A stretch of DNA of 64,000 nucleotides from an uncultured Bacilli bacterium (lineage in GTDB: Bacteria > Bacillota_I > Bacilli_A > RFN20 > CAG-288), in NCBI GenBank assembly GCA_944332485.1, contig CALVKB010000002.1, forward strand, positions 11,044 through 75,043, in the 5' to 3' direction. Below are positions 46,641 to 57,049 of this stretch, piece by piece. The number at the start of each line of letters is the position of its first letter. Position 1 is the stretch's first letter. A program made the position numbers and the translations under genes. The notes under the pieces were generated by a model. It had not been told where the DNA came from, made no database searches, and worked only from the letters and a program-made list of their open reading frames with translations.

Positions 46641-47271
46641 TCAACAATTTCTCTATTTGTTCTATACAATCTTTTGTGACTTCTTCAATCGATTTTGAAG
46701 CATCGATAATATGGATTCTCTCAGGGAACAATTCCTTCAATTTCAAATAACCTTTTCTCACTTTGTTGTGGAATTCCAAAGTTTCTAAGTCCAGTCTGTT
46801 GACTTCTCTTTGAGAGTTTTTGTTGATTCGTTGTAATCCAATTTTTGGATCGATATCTAAAATCAAAGTGAGTTTTGGTAAAGTGTTATCAATTGCGAAT
46901 AAATTGATATTTAAAATTTCATCCATGCCGATATTTCTTGCATAACCTTGATAAACCAAAGATGAATCAAGATAACGATCGGAGATGACAATTTTACCTT
47001 TTTTAAGATTAGGAATAACTTTTTCAACAAGATGTTGACGTCTTGAAGCTGCGTATAATAAAGCTTCTGTTTTGCCATCCATGTTGGTATTTTTCTTATC
47101 TAAAATGATGTTTCTAATATCTTCTGCAATTCTAACACCACCAGGTTCTCTTGTTTTGACAACCTCATAGTTGTTTTTTTCTAAATATTCGATGATGTTA
47201 GTTAAAATGGTTGACTTACCAGAACCTTCTCCACCTTCCAGAGTTATAAATAATCCGTTTTTAAAATTCAT
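46633..47271 (-). CDS. tmk: thymidylate kinase
   Basis: P-loop ITLEGGEGSGKST and DRY motif (ISDRY). The start is revised to MNFKNG, which has GGAGG 6 nt upstream (the track start at 47304 lies inside recR). Confidence 0.85.
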   Translation of the reverse strand: MNFKNGLFITLEGGEGSGKSTILTNIIEYLEKNNYEVVKTREPGGVRIAEDIRNIILDKKNTNMDGKTEALLYAASRRQHLVEKVIPNLKKGKIVISDRYLDSSLVYQGYARNIGMDEILNINLFAIDNTLPKLTLILDIDPKIGLQRINKNSQREVNRLDLETLEFHNKVRKGYLKLKELFPERIHIIDASKSIEEVTKDCIEQIEKLLNE

Positions 47272-47923
47272 CTGTTTCCTCCTTTGAAAAAGTGGATGAA
47301 CCACTTTGATTTGACTCAGTCTTAATTTGAATTCTTTGTCTTAGTGAAGAGGAGAGTGTTTCCTCATCTAGATATTCAAGTTGACTGTTGATAGGTATAC
47401 CATATGCCAAACGTGATAATTTGACATCTATTTTGTTGGCTTTCAACAATTTAGTTATATACATAGTTGTTATTTCACCTGTGATATCCGGTGAAAAAGA
47501 GAAAATGATTTCCTTGAATGAATTCTCTTTGATATGCTTCAGCAATTTATCAACACCTATTGTTGAAGGGAGATTTCCAACAGAAGGATTGATCAAACCA
47601 TCCAAACAAAAATACTGACCGAAATATTGGTTGGTATTTTCAAACTGCATGATATTTTTACTATCGGAAATGACCATCAATGTTTGTTTATCTCTTGTTT
47701 GATCAGAACATATCGGGCATACATCATTTTCATAAAGATTATGACAGATTGGACAAACGTGAATCTTCTCTTTGATTGATGCAAGATCGTTTGAGAATTT
47801 CTTTAATTCCTCAGATGATAAATGCAAACAACTGTAAGCTAATCTTAAAGCAGTTTTTCTTCCAATAGAAGGGAGTTTGATGAAATCTTCGACAAGTTCT
47901 TGAATAATTTTAGGATGTTCCAT
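47261..47923 (-). CDS. recR: recombination protein RecR
   Basis: N-terminal HhH (LPSIGRKTALRLAY), C4 zinc finger CPICHN...CPICSD and a Toprim domain. Confidence 0.9.
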   Translation of the reverse strand: MEHPKIIQELVEDFIKLPSIGRKTALRLAYSCLHLSSEELKKFSNDLASIKEKIHVCPICHNLYENDVCPICSDQTRDKQTLMVISDSKNIMQFENTNQYFGQYFCLDGLINPSVGNLPSTIGVDKLLKHIKENSFKEIIFSFSPDITGEITTMYITKLLKANKIDVKLSRLAYGIPINSQLEYLDEETLSSSLRQRIQIKTESNQSGSSTFSKEETDEF

Positions 47924-47931
47924 ACAAACCT

Positions 47932-49575
47932 CTACTTAAGAATATCACTTAAAAAAGCATCGGAATTAGAAACTTTGCTCTTTTTTTGTTTTGAAGCATA
48001 TTTGTCCAATTTATTCTCTTTTTTAAGTTGCACATATAAGTTTTTATAATCTTCGAAGGATGAATCAGTTAAGAACAGAACTTTTGTAATTTTCTTGGTT
48101 GGATTGAGAAGTTTGAAGATATTAATAAGATCTTTTTGATTCTTCTCAAGGATCAATTTTTGGAATTTGCTATTATCGGAGCATCTTAAAACAACAGTGT
48201 CCATGCTGTAAAGAAGAACTATGCATGATTCAAGTAAATTCATGATATATGCATTGATATCTAATAGTTTCCTTGATTGAAAATTCTCCTGCAATAATTT
48301 GTTGAAATTCATGGCGAGATCTTTGTTGTTGTTATGCATCAATTCGATAATTGTATCATTGTCATATTGAACATAGTTAGGTTGTGGTTCTTCAGTCATT
48401 GCTTGAGTTGGAATAGTGCTTTGTGTTGTTTCAACAGGTTTAGATGAAACAGTTTGAACTGAAGTTATCGGTTTAATTGGTTGTGCAGCTTGAAATTTGC
48501 TAGTATTCAAAGTGAAAATATTGATCAAAACCATCTCGAAATTATCATAGATGGAGCTTGCTTTTTTGTAATCTTGACGTCCTTTTAACAAAAGCATCAA
48601 ATTTTTATTCGCTTCTTCAGCACTCAAATTCAAATTTTTATAGATTTGTTTGTTTATTATTTTGAACAAAGATTCATCCTTTGTCAAAGAGTAAATCAAA
48701 TAATCCTTGTAAATCAATGTAAGATCATCATGTAACTTCAATAAATCAATACCTTTGGAATAATCCTCGTTCAATTTTTTCAAACAATTATCAAGATCGT
48801 TATTGTGAAGATATTCAACATATTTCAATTTTTCTGATAAAGTTAACAATCCGAAAAGATTGTTGATATCATCTAATGTGATATTTTTATCAACATATGC
48901 TAAAACTTGATCCAATAAACTTAATGAGTCTCTAACACCACCATCAGCTAAAGAAGCAATCTGATACAAGGCTTCCTCAGTGTAACTGACTTTCTCTTTT
49001 TTGAGGATGGTTTCCATATTTGCGATAAGGTCTTTGTTGCCGACTTTGGAAAAATCAAATCTTTGAACACGAGAAAGAATGGTTGGTAAAAGTTTGTTTG
49101 GTTCAGTTGTACACAATATAAAAACGCAGTATGATGGGGGTTCTTCCAATGTTTTCAAAAGAGCATTGAATGCAGCGTTGGACATATTGTGAACTTCATC
49201 GATTATATAAACTTTGTATCGGCCTAAAATAGGTTGATAATTCACCTGTTCGATCAACTCTCTTACTGAATCTACACCACTATTACTAGCTGCATCAATT
49301 TCAATGACATCTGGATGATCACCGTTGTTGATACTTACACAAGATGAACATTTATTACATAGAAATTCATCTTTATTATCAAGACAATTTAAAGCTTTAG
49401 CAAAAAGCCTTGCTAGAGTTGTTTTTCCGGTTCCTCTTGGGCCACAGAAAAGATAAGCGTGCGAAATTTTGTTCTCTTTAATCGCGTTTTTAAGTGTTTT
49501 TATAATAATTTGCTGACCTACGACCTGCTCGAAAGTTTGCGGGCGGTAGGTACGATACATCACTTTATAGGCCAT
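47932..49575 (-). CDS. dnaX: DNA polymerase III subunit gamma/tau
   Basis: Walker A CGPRGTGKTT, zinc module CLDNKDEFLCNKCSSC and SRC/SRV box LPTILSRVQ. Confidence 0.9.
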   Translation of the reverse strand: MAYKVMYRTYRPQTFEQVVGQQIIIKTLKNAIKENKISHAYLFCGPRGTGKTTLARLFAKALNCLDNKDEFLCNKCSSCVSINNGDHPDVIEIDAASNSGVDSVRELIEQVNYQPILGRYKVYIIDEVHNMSNAAFNALLKTLEEPPSYCVFILCTTEPNKLLPTILSRVQRFDFSKVGNKDLIANMETILKKEKVSYTEEALYQIASLADGGVRDSLSLLDQVLAYVDKNITLDDINNLFGLLTLSEKLKYVEYLHNNDLDNCLKKLNEDYSKGIDLLKLHDDLTLIYKDYLIYSLTKDESLFKIINKQIYKNLNLSAEEANKNLMLLLKGRQDYKKASSIYDNFEMVLINIFTLNTSKFQAAQPIKPITSVQTVSSKPVETTQSTIPTQAMTEEPQPNYVQYDNDTIIELMHNNNKDLAMNFNKLLQENFQSRKLLDINAYIMNLLESCIVLLYSMDTVVLRCSDNSKFQKLILEKNQKDLINIFKLLNPTKKITKVLFLTDSSFEDYKNLYVQLKKENKLDKYASKQKKSKVSNSDAFLSDILK

Positions 49576-49577
49576 GT

Positions 49578-50627
49578 TTAGGTTCGAGCTTGATATAGAG
49601 GTTTATTGTCGTCGTTATCTATATCTTTCATCTTCTTAGCAGCGAAGAAGTATCTAGCGACACAGGCTAATAAGAATATAAAACCAACAATCATTGTTGA
49701 TGGAAGGAAGAAACTGACGATAAAAGCGATGATACCAGGGGTGAATGTGAACATATAACCGACTTTTGTTGCACCCCAGAAAGACATATCTTTGTAAAGT
49801 GATTTTTTACCACGTGATGAGATGAAGAATAAAACGCCAATCACGAAGGAAATTACAAATACACCAACTTCATAGGATATTATACTCACCATGAATGTGT
49901 TCTTCTGAATTGGATAGTAACAATCGTTGAGGAATGTTTGCCAGTTTGCAAAAATTGTTGCATCAGTTATATTAACATCATCTTTAAGGAGGATATTTTT
50001 GAATGTTCCAGTTTTAACAACATCAAAGTATCCTGAAAAATTAGCGACATATTGTGAATCTTTTGTCAGATCGCTAACAGGATATAAGGAAATTTGAATT
50101 GTTGTTGGAGTAATTATCATGTAGGAATATTTTGCAATATCAGTAGTTCCATTATTACCATCAGAAGCTTTGAAGATGCTTTCTGATAAATTCTGATAAC
50201 CTTCTCTACCTTCATTGGTTAAAGGATCAGCATCATAATAAAACACTTTCATGACTTGAACTTCTTTATCTTGTTGTTTTGTTTTAATAGAAATTCCACC
50301 AGTGTATGTTTCTAAATTGTATGTAGCAAGTTCTTTGAATGTTTCACTTGGTACAAAATAATGGTCATCAGATATTGAACTATCTTGAAAACCGTATTCT
50401 GTGTTGGAAACAAGCTGGACTAATGCTGTATCAACACCGGAGGTTGTTCCGATTGCTTGACTTCCTTTGGTGGAAGTGAAGGTGTAATAAGGTGGAATCC
50501 AAACTAAACCTAGCAAAATTACGATGTAAATTAAGGCAAAATACCAAGGTCTTCTATAGTTATTGATACATTCTTTGTTGCTGAACATACCAACGAAAAA
50601 ACTTTTTATTGCTGCTAAAGCTCTCAT
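49578..50627 (-). CDS. hypothetical membrane protein (349 aa) at the head of the dnaX operon
   Basis: N-terminal TM, ~200-aa extracytoplasmic region and C-terminal TM helices; separated from dnaX by 2 nt. Confidence 0.5.
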   Translation of the reverse strand: MRALAAIKSFFVGMFSNKECINNYRRPWYFALIYIVILLGLVWIPPYYTFTSTKGSQAIGTTSGVDTALVQLVSNTEYGFQDSSISDDHYFVPSETFKELATYNLETYTGGISIKTKQQDKEVQVMKVFYYDADPLTNEGREGYQNLSESIFKASDGNNGTTDIAKYSYMIITPTTIQISLYPVSDLTKDSQYVANFSGYFDVVKTGTFKNILLKDDVNITDATIFANWQTFLNDCYYPIQKNTFMVSIISYEVGVFVISFVIGVLFFISSRGKKSLYKDMSFWGATKVGYMFTFTPGIIAFIVSFFLPSTMIVGFIFLLACVARYFFAAKKMKDIDNDDNKPLYQART

Positions 50628-51097
50628 ATAGCTCTCCTTTAATCAAATAATAGATAATAATTTAAATAATATCTTATTTAGTAATATCTATGTAATTATA
50701 CAAAAAATATTAACAAGAAAAAATTAAGGTTATATTGACATAAAATATTTTTGATATATTTAATTTGGTTTGAGAGTTGAAAATACTTAACCTGTTAGAA
50801 TTTGACTATGAAAAATTAAGAGCAAATAGAAATTTTAATTAAAAATTTAAAGGATATTTTGTTGAGGTTTTCTAACAACTTTAAGTTATTTATTAAAGTT
50901 GTATGTTGTGCACTTTATCATATTCGTTAAATTCAAAACACTGTATAAAGGCTTGTAAATTTTAATTAAAACAGTAAAAAATAAAGATACAATTTTATTT
51001 TTAAATATGGTTGTAACCTTCAAAAAAGTATTTATTTAATTGACTTTTTTAAAAAATTAAATTAAACTTATCTTGTTCAAAAAATCGGAGGTTTAAA

Positions 51098-51739
51098 ATG
51101 AAACAAAGAAGTACACCACGTTACTTAAAAATTGCTCAAGACATCTGTGGTAAGATCTTAACAGGTCACTACACCGAAGGTCAATTATTAAAAGGTAGAT
51201 CTGTTTTAGGTGCTGAATATGCAGTTAGTCCAGAGACAGTTAGAAAAGCATTAAATATTTTGGAAAAAGAGAAGATCGTCTCTTCAAAAAGAGGTGTTGG
51301 CGTATTCGTAGAATCCGTTTTACATGCTCAACAATTCGCTTCCAGATGGAAGAGTGAAACACAAGTTAAAAACAAATATCAAAACTTGATTACATTATTG
51401 AATTCCAAGAAAGAACTTGATGACAAGATTTTGGCTGCTATTGATGATATGAGAGATTCATTCCAATATCAAACAACTGAAGCAGTTAAATTCTCAGAAG
51501 TTGAAATTCCTGAAGGTTCATGGATTGATGGTAAGAAGATCGGTGAAGTTTATTTCTGGAACTACACTGAAGCAACAATCGTTGCAGTTGTCGGTGCTGA
51601 TGGTATAGCTCAACAATCTCCAGGCCCAGAATTTGAATTACATGTCGGCGACAAATTGTTGTTTGTTGGTAAAGATAAATTGACTTTCGATCGTGTCTTG
51701 TCATTCTTGACATACGGCGTCCTTGAAGGAAACGAGTAG
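51098..51739 (+). CDS. GntR-family HTH regulator fused to a TrkA-C (RCK_C) domain
   Basis: Winged HTH (VSPETVRKALNILEKEKIVSSKRGVGVFV) and C-terminal RCK_C (KIGEV...ATIVAVVGADG...HVGDKLLFVG). Confidence 0.7.
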   Translation: MKQRSTPRYLKIAQDICGKILTGHYTEGQLLKGRSVLGAEYAVSPETVRKALNILEKEKIVSSKRGVGVFVESVLHAQQFASRWKSETQVKNKYQNLITLLNSKKELDDKILAAIDDMRDSFQYQTTEAVKFSEVEIPEGSWIDGKKIGEVYFWNYTEATIVAVVGADGIAQQSPGPEFELHVGDKLLFVGKDKLTFDRVLSFLTYGVLEGNE

Positions 51740-51769
51740 TAAATTAAAAAACATTTAAATAAAAAATAG

Positions 51770-51800
51770 AGGTAATCGCAAATGGCGATTACCTTTTTTA
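51770..51800. terminator. bidirectional rho-independent terminator (AGGTAATCGC-loop-GCGATTACCT + T-run)
   Basis: Perfect 10-bp stem with a 5-nt loop, flanked by an A-run and a T-run; between the convergent GntR-like and CBS genes. Confidence 0.75.
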
Positions 51801-51804
51801 ATAT

Positions 51805-52212
51805 TTAATTTTTGATTTCATTAAGAGCGTTTTGAATAATAGCTTTTCTTGTAATGATACCAATAAAATGATCATGGTCATCCAAAACAGGCACGAAGTT
51901 TTGATTTATCGCACACGATAATAAGTTCTCCATTGTTTCAGTGGAGGAGATTGGGACACAATCATGAGAGCGAGGTATATCTAGCAATTGAATTTTTTCA
52001 GCTTCCTGCAAAGCTTTTAAATTTGATTTTTTTATGACTCTCAATATATCACCTTCTGTAATAGTGCCAACGTAATGTCCTTGTTTGTCGAGTATTGGAA
52101 GAGCAGTAAATCCATGATAATCCAATTTTTCCATAACTTGCCGTAAAGTAGAATCGCTTTCAATATAGGCAACTTGTGATTTTGGGAGCAGAAATAAAAG
52201 TATATTGTTCAT
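51805..52212 (-). CDS. CBS-domain pair protein
   Basis: Two CBS motifs (HGFTALPILDKQGHYVGTITEGDIL and NQNFVPVLDDHDHFIGIITRKAII). Confidence 0.7.
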   Translation of the reverse strand: MNNILLFLLPKSQVAYIESDSTLRQVMEKLDYHGFTALPILDKQGHYVGTITEGDILRVIKKSNLKALQEAEKIQLLDIPRSHDCVPISSTETMENLLSCAINQNFVPVLDDHDHFIGIITRKAIIQNALNEIKN

Positions 52213-52486
52213 CTATTTAAACCTCCTTATTTATTATTATAAATCAGAAAATATTTCTTAAAAATAAAATATTAGCAAAATATCGTTTTTCTTTATAAAT
52301 AGAATGGTTTTAACATTTTACAACTTTCATTTTTATAAAAGAATTGTTAAGTTTCAATTTTCAATTTTAATATCAACTTTTTGATTTTTTTAAGTTTTTA
52401 CTTTTATTTAAAATTTCATTTATAAATATATTAAAATAATATAAATCAACATTTTTTTGTGTTGTGCGAATTTAAGGAGACTGACC

Positions 52487-55400
52487 ATGAATGTTAAAAG
52501 CTTGATTAATGAGATGCTTGATTCATCGAATCTTAATAAATTACTTTACGTTCAACTTGGAAGAAACGACACATGTGCATGTTATACAAATTATTCAAAC
52601 CTATTTTATGACTTGCTGCATGGTAAACAGATTAAGATAAAACCTCTTTTTTCTTTCAATAAGGAAGATATATCGTATGAGAACGATTTACTCGATCGTG
52701 GAAATTTGAAGGATAAACAATTCTTTTTCAAGGAAGATTTGAAACAACTTGAGAAGATAGTTGATATTTCAAAAATATATTCTGAAAAAGCACTCTTTTT
52801 GCTTTGCAAGACAAATATCGCAAAGCAGATCATTGAAGATTTGACAAATCTTCCTCAAGTTTATGTCTCTTTTGTAAATTTGAGATATTATTCTGTCAAT
52901 TCTCAAGAAAACTTGATAGGTCAGTTGCTTTTCTTAAAATGTAAAGTCTTGAAACAAGGAGACGATTATGTTTTGAAAGGTGTCTCTTCCGATGTTGTTT
53001 TCAATACGACTTTATTAAATGAGATTCGAGAAGAACATAACATCGACTTAACTTATGATTATCATGATTTTGTTCTAAATAACTATGTTAAATTTGTCAA
53101 TGATAAAGTCAGTCCGTTGTTGATGAGTTGCACTTGTGATATTTTTGTAAATTCAGTCAATGTAGGTTTACAAAATTTGATTAATGCTCGTTCTGAAGTT
53201 TTGAATGATAATTTGGATAATTTATCAAATAATTTGAAAGCTATCAATGAGCACATAGATATCGATGAAAAATATGATTTTGAGAAAGAGGACTTTGGTT
53301 ATGGTGGTCCTCTTACTGTTCCTTATAAAGAGATGCGCGCAAATCTTGATAAATATGGCATTGTTAAATTGAACATTGACGATAAAAGCTTTGGCAAAGA
53401 AATTCTCAAACGTTTTAATCAGGAGATTGTTAGCAAAAAGAATTCAGTTTTATATATAGAACCTAATGAAGCTCAAGCTAAACAGCGCAGAGATGAATTT
53501 TTGCAAGAAGGTTTCAAAGGCCTTTTGAGTGAAGATAGTATCGATTCTTGCGAGATAAATTTGGTTGATTCATTTAAAAAAGCAGTAGAAATAAATCATG
53601 AAACATACTTGACAAAACAAGAGGAACAAACTTTAACTTCCTTCCTTGATTTGAAGAACAAATACATAGAAAGTAAAACAAAGGAAAGAGCCAAACTTGA
53701 TTTCCATTTAGGTGACTCTTATTTGGTTACAACAAATAAAGCTAGTTATTATTATTTGAAAAGTGATAAAATTTTCGATTTAGAAATTGAACAATATACT
53801 GATGATGATTATGCCATGGATCAAGTTTTCATCTCCAATTTGAAAAATTATGGCAAATTTATCAATACTCCATTGAAAGATAATCCGTTTTATGGTGTAA
53901 CAACTGATCTAAGCGAAAATAATTTTGCAGAGATCAAGAAAAACTGTGCAAATTTGAAGATAAAGATTGATGCTTTGAAAGAGTATATCGCAGTTGAGAA
54001 TATTGCCAGCTTCGGTTTTGGAAATGCAAATTCTATAACTGAAGTTAAAAACATCATCGATGCTTTGTATGTTTTGATCAAATATAACGGTTTTGATCTT
54101 AGATTTTTCGATATAGCTTCAAATCCTTTAACAAAATTGAAGATTGATGAGTTAGCTGAATTACAGGAACATTTGTTAGATAAAAGAAATGAACTTCAGG
54201 AATTTTTCAAAGACAAATCATTCTTGCTGGATAATGATGTTGCAACCTTGTACAACCAAATAAAGGATAAAACAAAACAGAAACGTTCAGCTAAGAAACA
54301 AATTAAAAAAGCTTTAGTGAGAAAATTCGGTGTTTTCAAGAAAGTTTACAAAATGCTTCCTGAATATATCGAATGCGATAATGAGTTTAGAAAACAATTG
54401 CCAGATTTCGAAGAGGTATTCGGTTATACCATCTATGATGTAGATGGCGTAAGTAAGATTCAACAATATATAGATTATGCTAATGAATTTATCAGTATGA
54501 AGAATACATTTGCTGATTGTGAAAATGTCAATTTTAATTCCGAATTTTTCACAAAATTCTTCACAGACCCTGAGTATCGTAGCACTGTTCGTATCGATTT
54601 ACTTCCACGATTAGAATCTTTGTATTCAGAAGTTTCTGAACAGTTCAATAGTTACAGCTTGTTATTTGATTCTGATGAACTTATCACTATGAAATTTGAA
54701 AAAGTTCTCAAGTTGATCGATAAGAAACTTAATGCAAGTTATCAAGAGTTTGTAATATACAGACAGTATATGAACGAAATTGAACACACATCTGATGTTT
54801 TCAAACAATTCCATAAAATGTTTGTTGATAAATACTTGCCGATGACAAGTATCGAGAATGATTACTTCGCATCTTTATTCAAAGGTTTATCCAATAAAGT
54901 TTATGAAGAATTGGATTTGTCAAATGAGGAGAATATCTATTTGAAATCCGATTATATCAAGCAACTTTATTTGAATAAGGATCTTTTGAACCGTTATGAT
55001 GTGATGAAGGTCACTGATTATAGAACTTCAATTTTGAATTCAGAATTATTTAAGGAGAGATTGAAGAGTTTGAAATACACATATCACTATAATCAAATTC
55101 CAAATATCGAGAAGATTGTCACTGCTTTGGATAGCTTTTACAACAGTGTTTTACCAATAACAGTTGAAACTATCGATAAAGTGCACTATTTCTCCAAATT
55201 GAATTTTGACTATTTAATCGTTGATAATAGTTCACAATTTAGTGATCAAGAATTGTTACTTTTGTTAACTTTGAATCCAAATAGCAAGATTGTCATATTA
55301 AGTTACAGTGAGACTCCAGAAATTCGTCTTAATCTTTACCCATTGGTGAGAGTCAATTTTGAATCGATACTTGGAATCCCTTATTCATATGACAAATTAT

Positions 55401-56281
55401 TCGCGTCATTTGCTAACCAAGTGGAACTTGTCAGCAACAAACATGGTTTTGAAGTTAATAACAATACCGCAAGTTTGGATCCTTTAAGTCCACCATTGGC
55501 TTTGTATAATCCTGGAATTAACAAAGTATCGCACCTATTGCTTCCTGATTGTTTATATGAAATTGATGATGTTGAAAATGTCGAATACAGTTTGAGAAGA
55601 TTTTTGTTAGATACATACAATTCAACATTGTTTGTTATCAATTCCTTGTTGATTGTTTACGAAAATCAAAAAGCTTTCAATTTAACACTTAGAGCTTATG
55701 ACCAATATTTGCAAAAGATTAAAGTTGAAGTCAAAGATGTTGAGAACCAACCAAGTGACGATTTGAAGAGTCAAGGTAGCAAGAATGAATATGAACAAAG
55801 ATTAGCTTTGTTGCAAACATGTTTCAAACTCTATCCGAAGGATGATGAAATTAATGAATTGCTTTCAAATGAAAAATATGTCGAATTACTCGGAAGAATA
55901 GTCCCATGTCATATCAGCAGCATTGAAAGACTCAACGATAGAAAATTGAATGAAGAGATCACAAAATATCTCAAATCCAATCTTTTGAGAATCAAAGATG
56001 ATATGGTTTACTTCACAGAATATGAGAGAAATGAATTCAAGTTATCATCCAACAGAACTTTATCTGATATTGATTTAAGTGAATTTGTGAATTTCATAAG
56101 AGTTTATATATCCAACTTCACATTTATCAAATGTTCCGATTTAAGAAAGATATTAGCTACAGCAGTTAATTTAGATGAAACCATGGAATCATTTATCGAG
56201 AAGTACAATCAAGCTCTCAATTACCTTGTTAGACATAGATATTGTGAACTTAATGGTGATAATATTGTATTGAAAAGATAA
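52487..56281 (+). CDS. very large orphan cytoplasmic protein (1264 aa), function unknown
   Basis: The start is taken at the ATG preceded by AAGGAG, since the track begins at a TTG. No Walker A/B, nuclease or repeat motif was recognised. One helicase-motif-II-like string (DYLIVDNSSQ) occurs without a P-loop. Confidence 0.6.
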   Translation: MNVKSLINEMLDSSNLNKLLYVQLGRNDTCACYTNYSNLFYDLLHGKQIKIKPLFSFNKEDISYENDLLDRGNLKDKQFFFKEDLKQLEKIVDISKIYSEKALFLLCKTNIAKQIIEDLTNLPQVYVSFVNLRYYSVNSQENLIGQLLFLKCKVLKQGDDYVLKGVSSDVVFNTTLLNEIREEHNIDLTYDYHDFVLNNYVKFVNDKVSPLLMSCTCDIFVNSVNVGLQNLINARSEVLNDNLDNLSNNLKAINEHIDIDEKYDFEKEDFGYGGPLTVPYKEMRANLDKYGIVKLNIDDKSFGKEILKRFNQEIVSKKNSVLYIEPNEAQAKQRRDEFLQEGFKGLLSEDSIDSCEINLVDSFKKAVEINHETYLTKQEEQTLTSFLDLKNKYIESKTKERAKLDFHLGDSYLVTTNKASYYYLKSDKIFDLEIEQYTDDDYAMDQVFISNLKNYGKFINTPLKDNPFYGVTTDLSENNFAEIKKNCANLKIKIDALKEYIAVENIASFGFGNANSITEVKNIIDALYVLIKYNGFDLRFFDIASNPLTKLKIDELAELQEHLLDKRNELQEFFKDKSFLLDNDVATLYNQIKDKTKQKRSAKKQIKKALVRKFGVFKKVYKMLPEYIECDNEFRKQLPDFEEVFGYTIYDVDGVSKIQQYIDYANEFISMKNTFADCENVNFNSEFFTKFFTDPEYRSTVRIDLLPRLESLYSEVSEQFNSYSLLFDSDELITMKFEKVLKLIDKKLNASYQEFVIYRQYMNEIEHTSDVFKQFHKMFVDKYLPMTSIENDYFASLFKGLSNKVYEELDLSNEENIYLKSDYIKQLYLNKDLLNRYDVMKVTDYRTSILNSELFKERLKSLKYTYHYNQIPNIEKIVTALDSFYNSVLPITVETIDKVHYFSKLNFDYLIVDNSSQFSDQELLLLLTLNPNSKIVILSYSETPEIRLNLYPLVRVNFESILGIPYSYDKLFASFANQVELVSNKHGFEVNNNTASLDPLSPPLALYNPGINKVSHLLLPDCLYEIDDVENVEYSLRRFLLDTYNSTLFVINSLLIVYENQKAFNLTLRAYDQYLQKIKVEVKDVENQPSDDLKSQGSKNEYEQRLALLQTCFKLYPKDDEINELLSNEKYVELLGRIVPCHISSIERLNDRKLNEEITKYLKSNLLRIKDDMVYFTEYERNEFKLSSNRTLSDIDLSEFVNFIRVYISNFTFIKCSDLRKILATAVNLDETMESFIEKYNQALNYLVRHRYCELNGDNIVLKR

Positions 56282-56309
56282 TAAAAAAATAGCAAAGTTC
56301 AACACTTTG

Positions 56310-56678
56310 CTATTTTTTATTGACGAAACTATCAATTTTATAATCTATATTTTTCGCTTGTTGTTCACTGAAGTAATAGATAGGATTCAGTTTGTATTTC
56401 CCTAACAAGCAGAATATGATATCAAGGATGTTCCAAACAACACCGATTATGATTATTGAGCAGATAAGTTTACAAATAAACCAGAAGACACTTTCTTTGC
56501 TGGCTCTGCCAAAATACAATTTATCTAATCCGAGATAACCAACAAAGATACATAGTAACAAAAGGATAAATGTGTTAGGAATTTTACTTAATTTGTCATT
56601 ATCTTGTGAGCCATCAACGAATGTTTGATCGCTCAAAGCTGGTTCTTCAGATATTTCTTCTTCATTATTTTCAATCAT
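56310..56678 (-). CDS. TM2-domain small membrane protein (122 aa)
   Basis: CIFVGYLGLDKLYFGRASK matches the TM2 GxxGxxRFYLG-type motif between two helices; acidic N-terminal tail. Confidence 0.6.
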   Translation of the reverse strand: MIENNEEEISEEPALSDQTFVDGSQDNDKLSKIPNTFILLLLCIFVGYLGLDKLYFGRASKESVFWFICKLICSIIIIGVVWNILDIIFCLLGKYKLNPIYYFSEQQAKNIDYKIDSFVNKK

Positions 56679-56680
56679 AT

Positions 56681-56926
56681 TTATTCGAAATAATCTCTAA
56701 AATCAAATTTATATTTACATCTTAAGATCATTATTAAATCGATAATGTTGTAAAAGATACCGACAATAATAAGAAAAGACAAAAATTTAATAAGAGCAAA
56801 TTTCCAGGTTTTCTTCCATGTTTTTGCATAATAGAATTTGTCCATGCCAAACCAACCGAAGAATAAACAAATGAAAAATAAGCCAAGATCTATTTTAGGT
56901 TTTTCCAATGTTTGAATTTCTGCCAT
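56681..56926 (-). CDS. TM2-domain small membrane protein (81 aa), tandem paralog
   Basis: CLFFGWFGMDKFYYAKTWKK TM2 motif; C-terminal NIIDLIMILRCKYKFD parallels NILDIIFCLLGKYKLN in its neighbour. Confidence 0.6.
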   Translation of the reverse strand: MAEIQTLEKPKIDLGLFFICLFFGWFGMDKFYYAKTWKKTWKFALIKFLSFLIIVGIFYNIIDLIMILRCKYKFDFRDYFE

Positions 56927-57049
56927 AGCTTTTCACCTCGAGATATAATTATATAAATTTTTGTTTTTAATATGAAGAATATAAATTATATAACAAAATA
57001 TAATTAAAAAAGGTCAGGATTAGCTGGCCTATATTTTAGATATTTGAAC

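Noticed and set aside
49580-49660. GGTTCGAGC string resembling a tRNA T-arm
   Set aside because: It lies inside the dnaX/membrane-protein coding junction with no acceptor or anticodon stem pairing. It is a chance match to the T-loop of the real tRNA at 331-406.
52606-52833. Minus-strand ORFs inside the 1264-aa gene (also 53890-54081 and 55381-55641)
   Set aside because: They are embedded antisense in a long, continuous + strand ORF and are hydrophobic junk translations.
52487-56281. Calling the giant protein an SF1 helicase on the basis of DYLIVDNSSQ
   Set aside because: No Walker A/P-loop (GxxxxGK[ST]) or motifs III-VI could be found anywhere in the protein. One motif-II-like string is insufficient.
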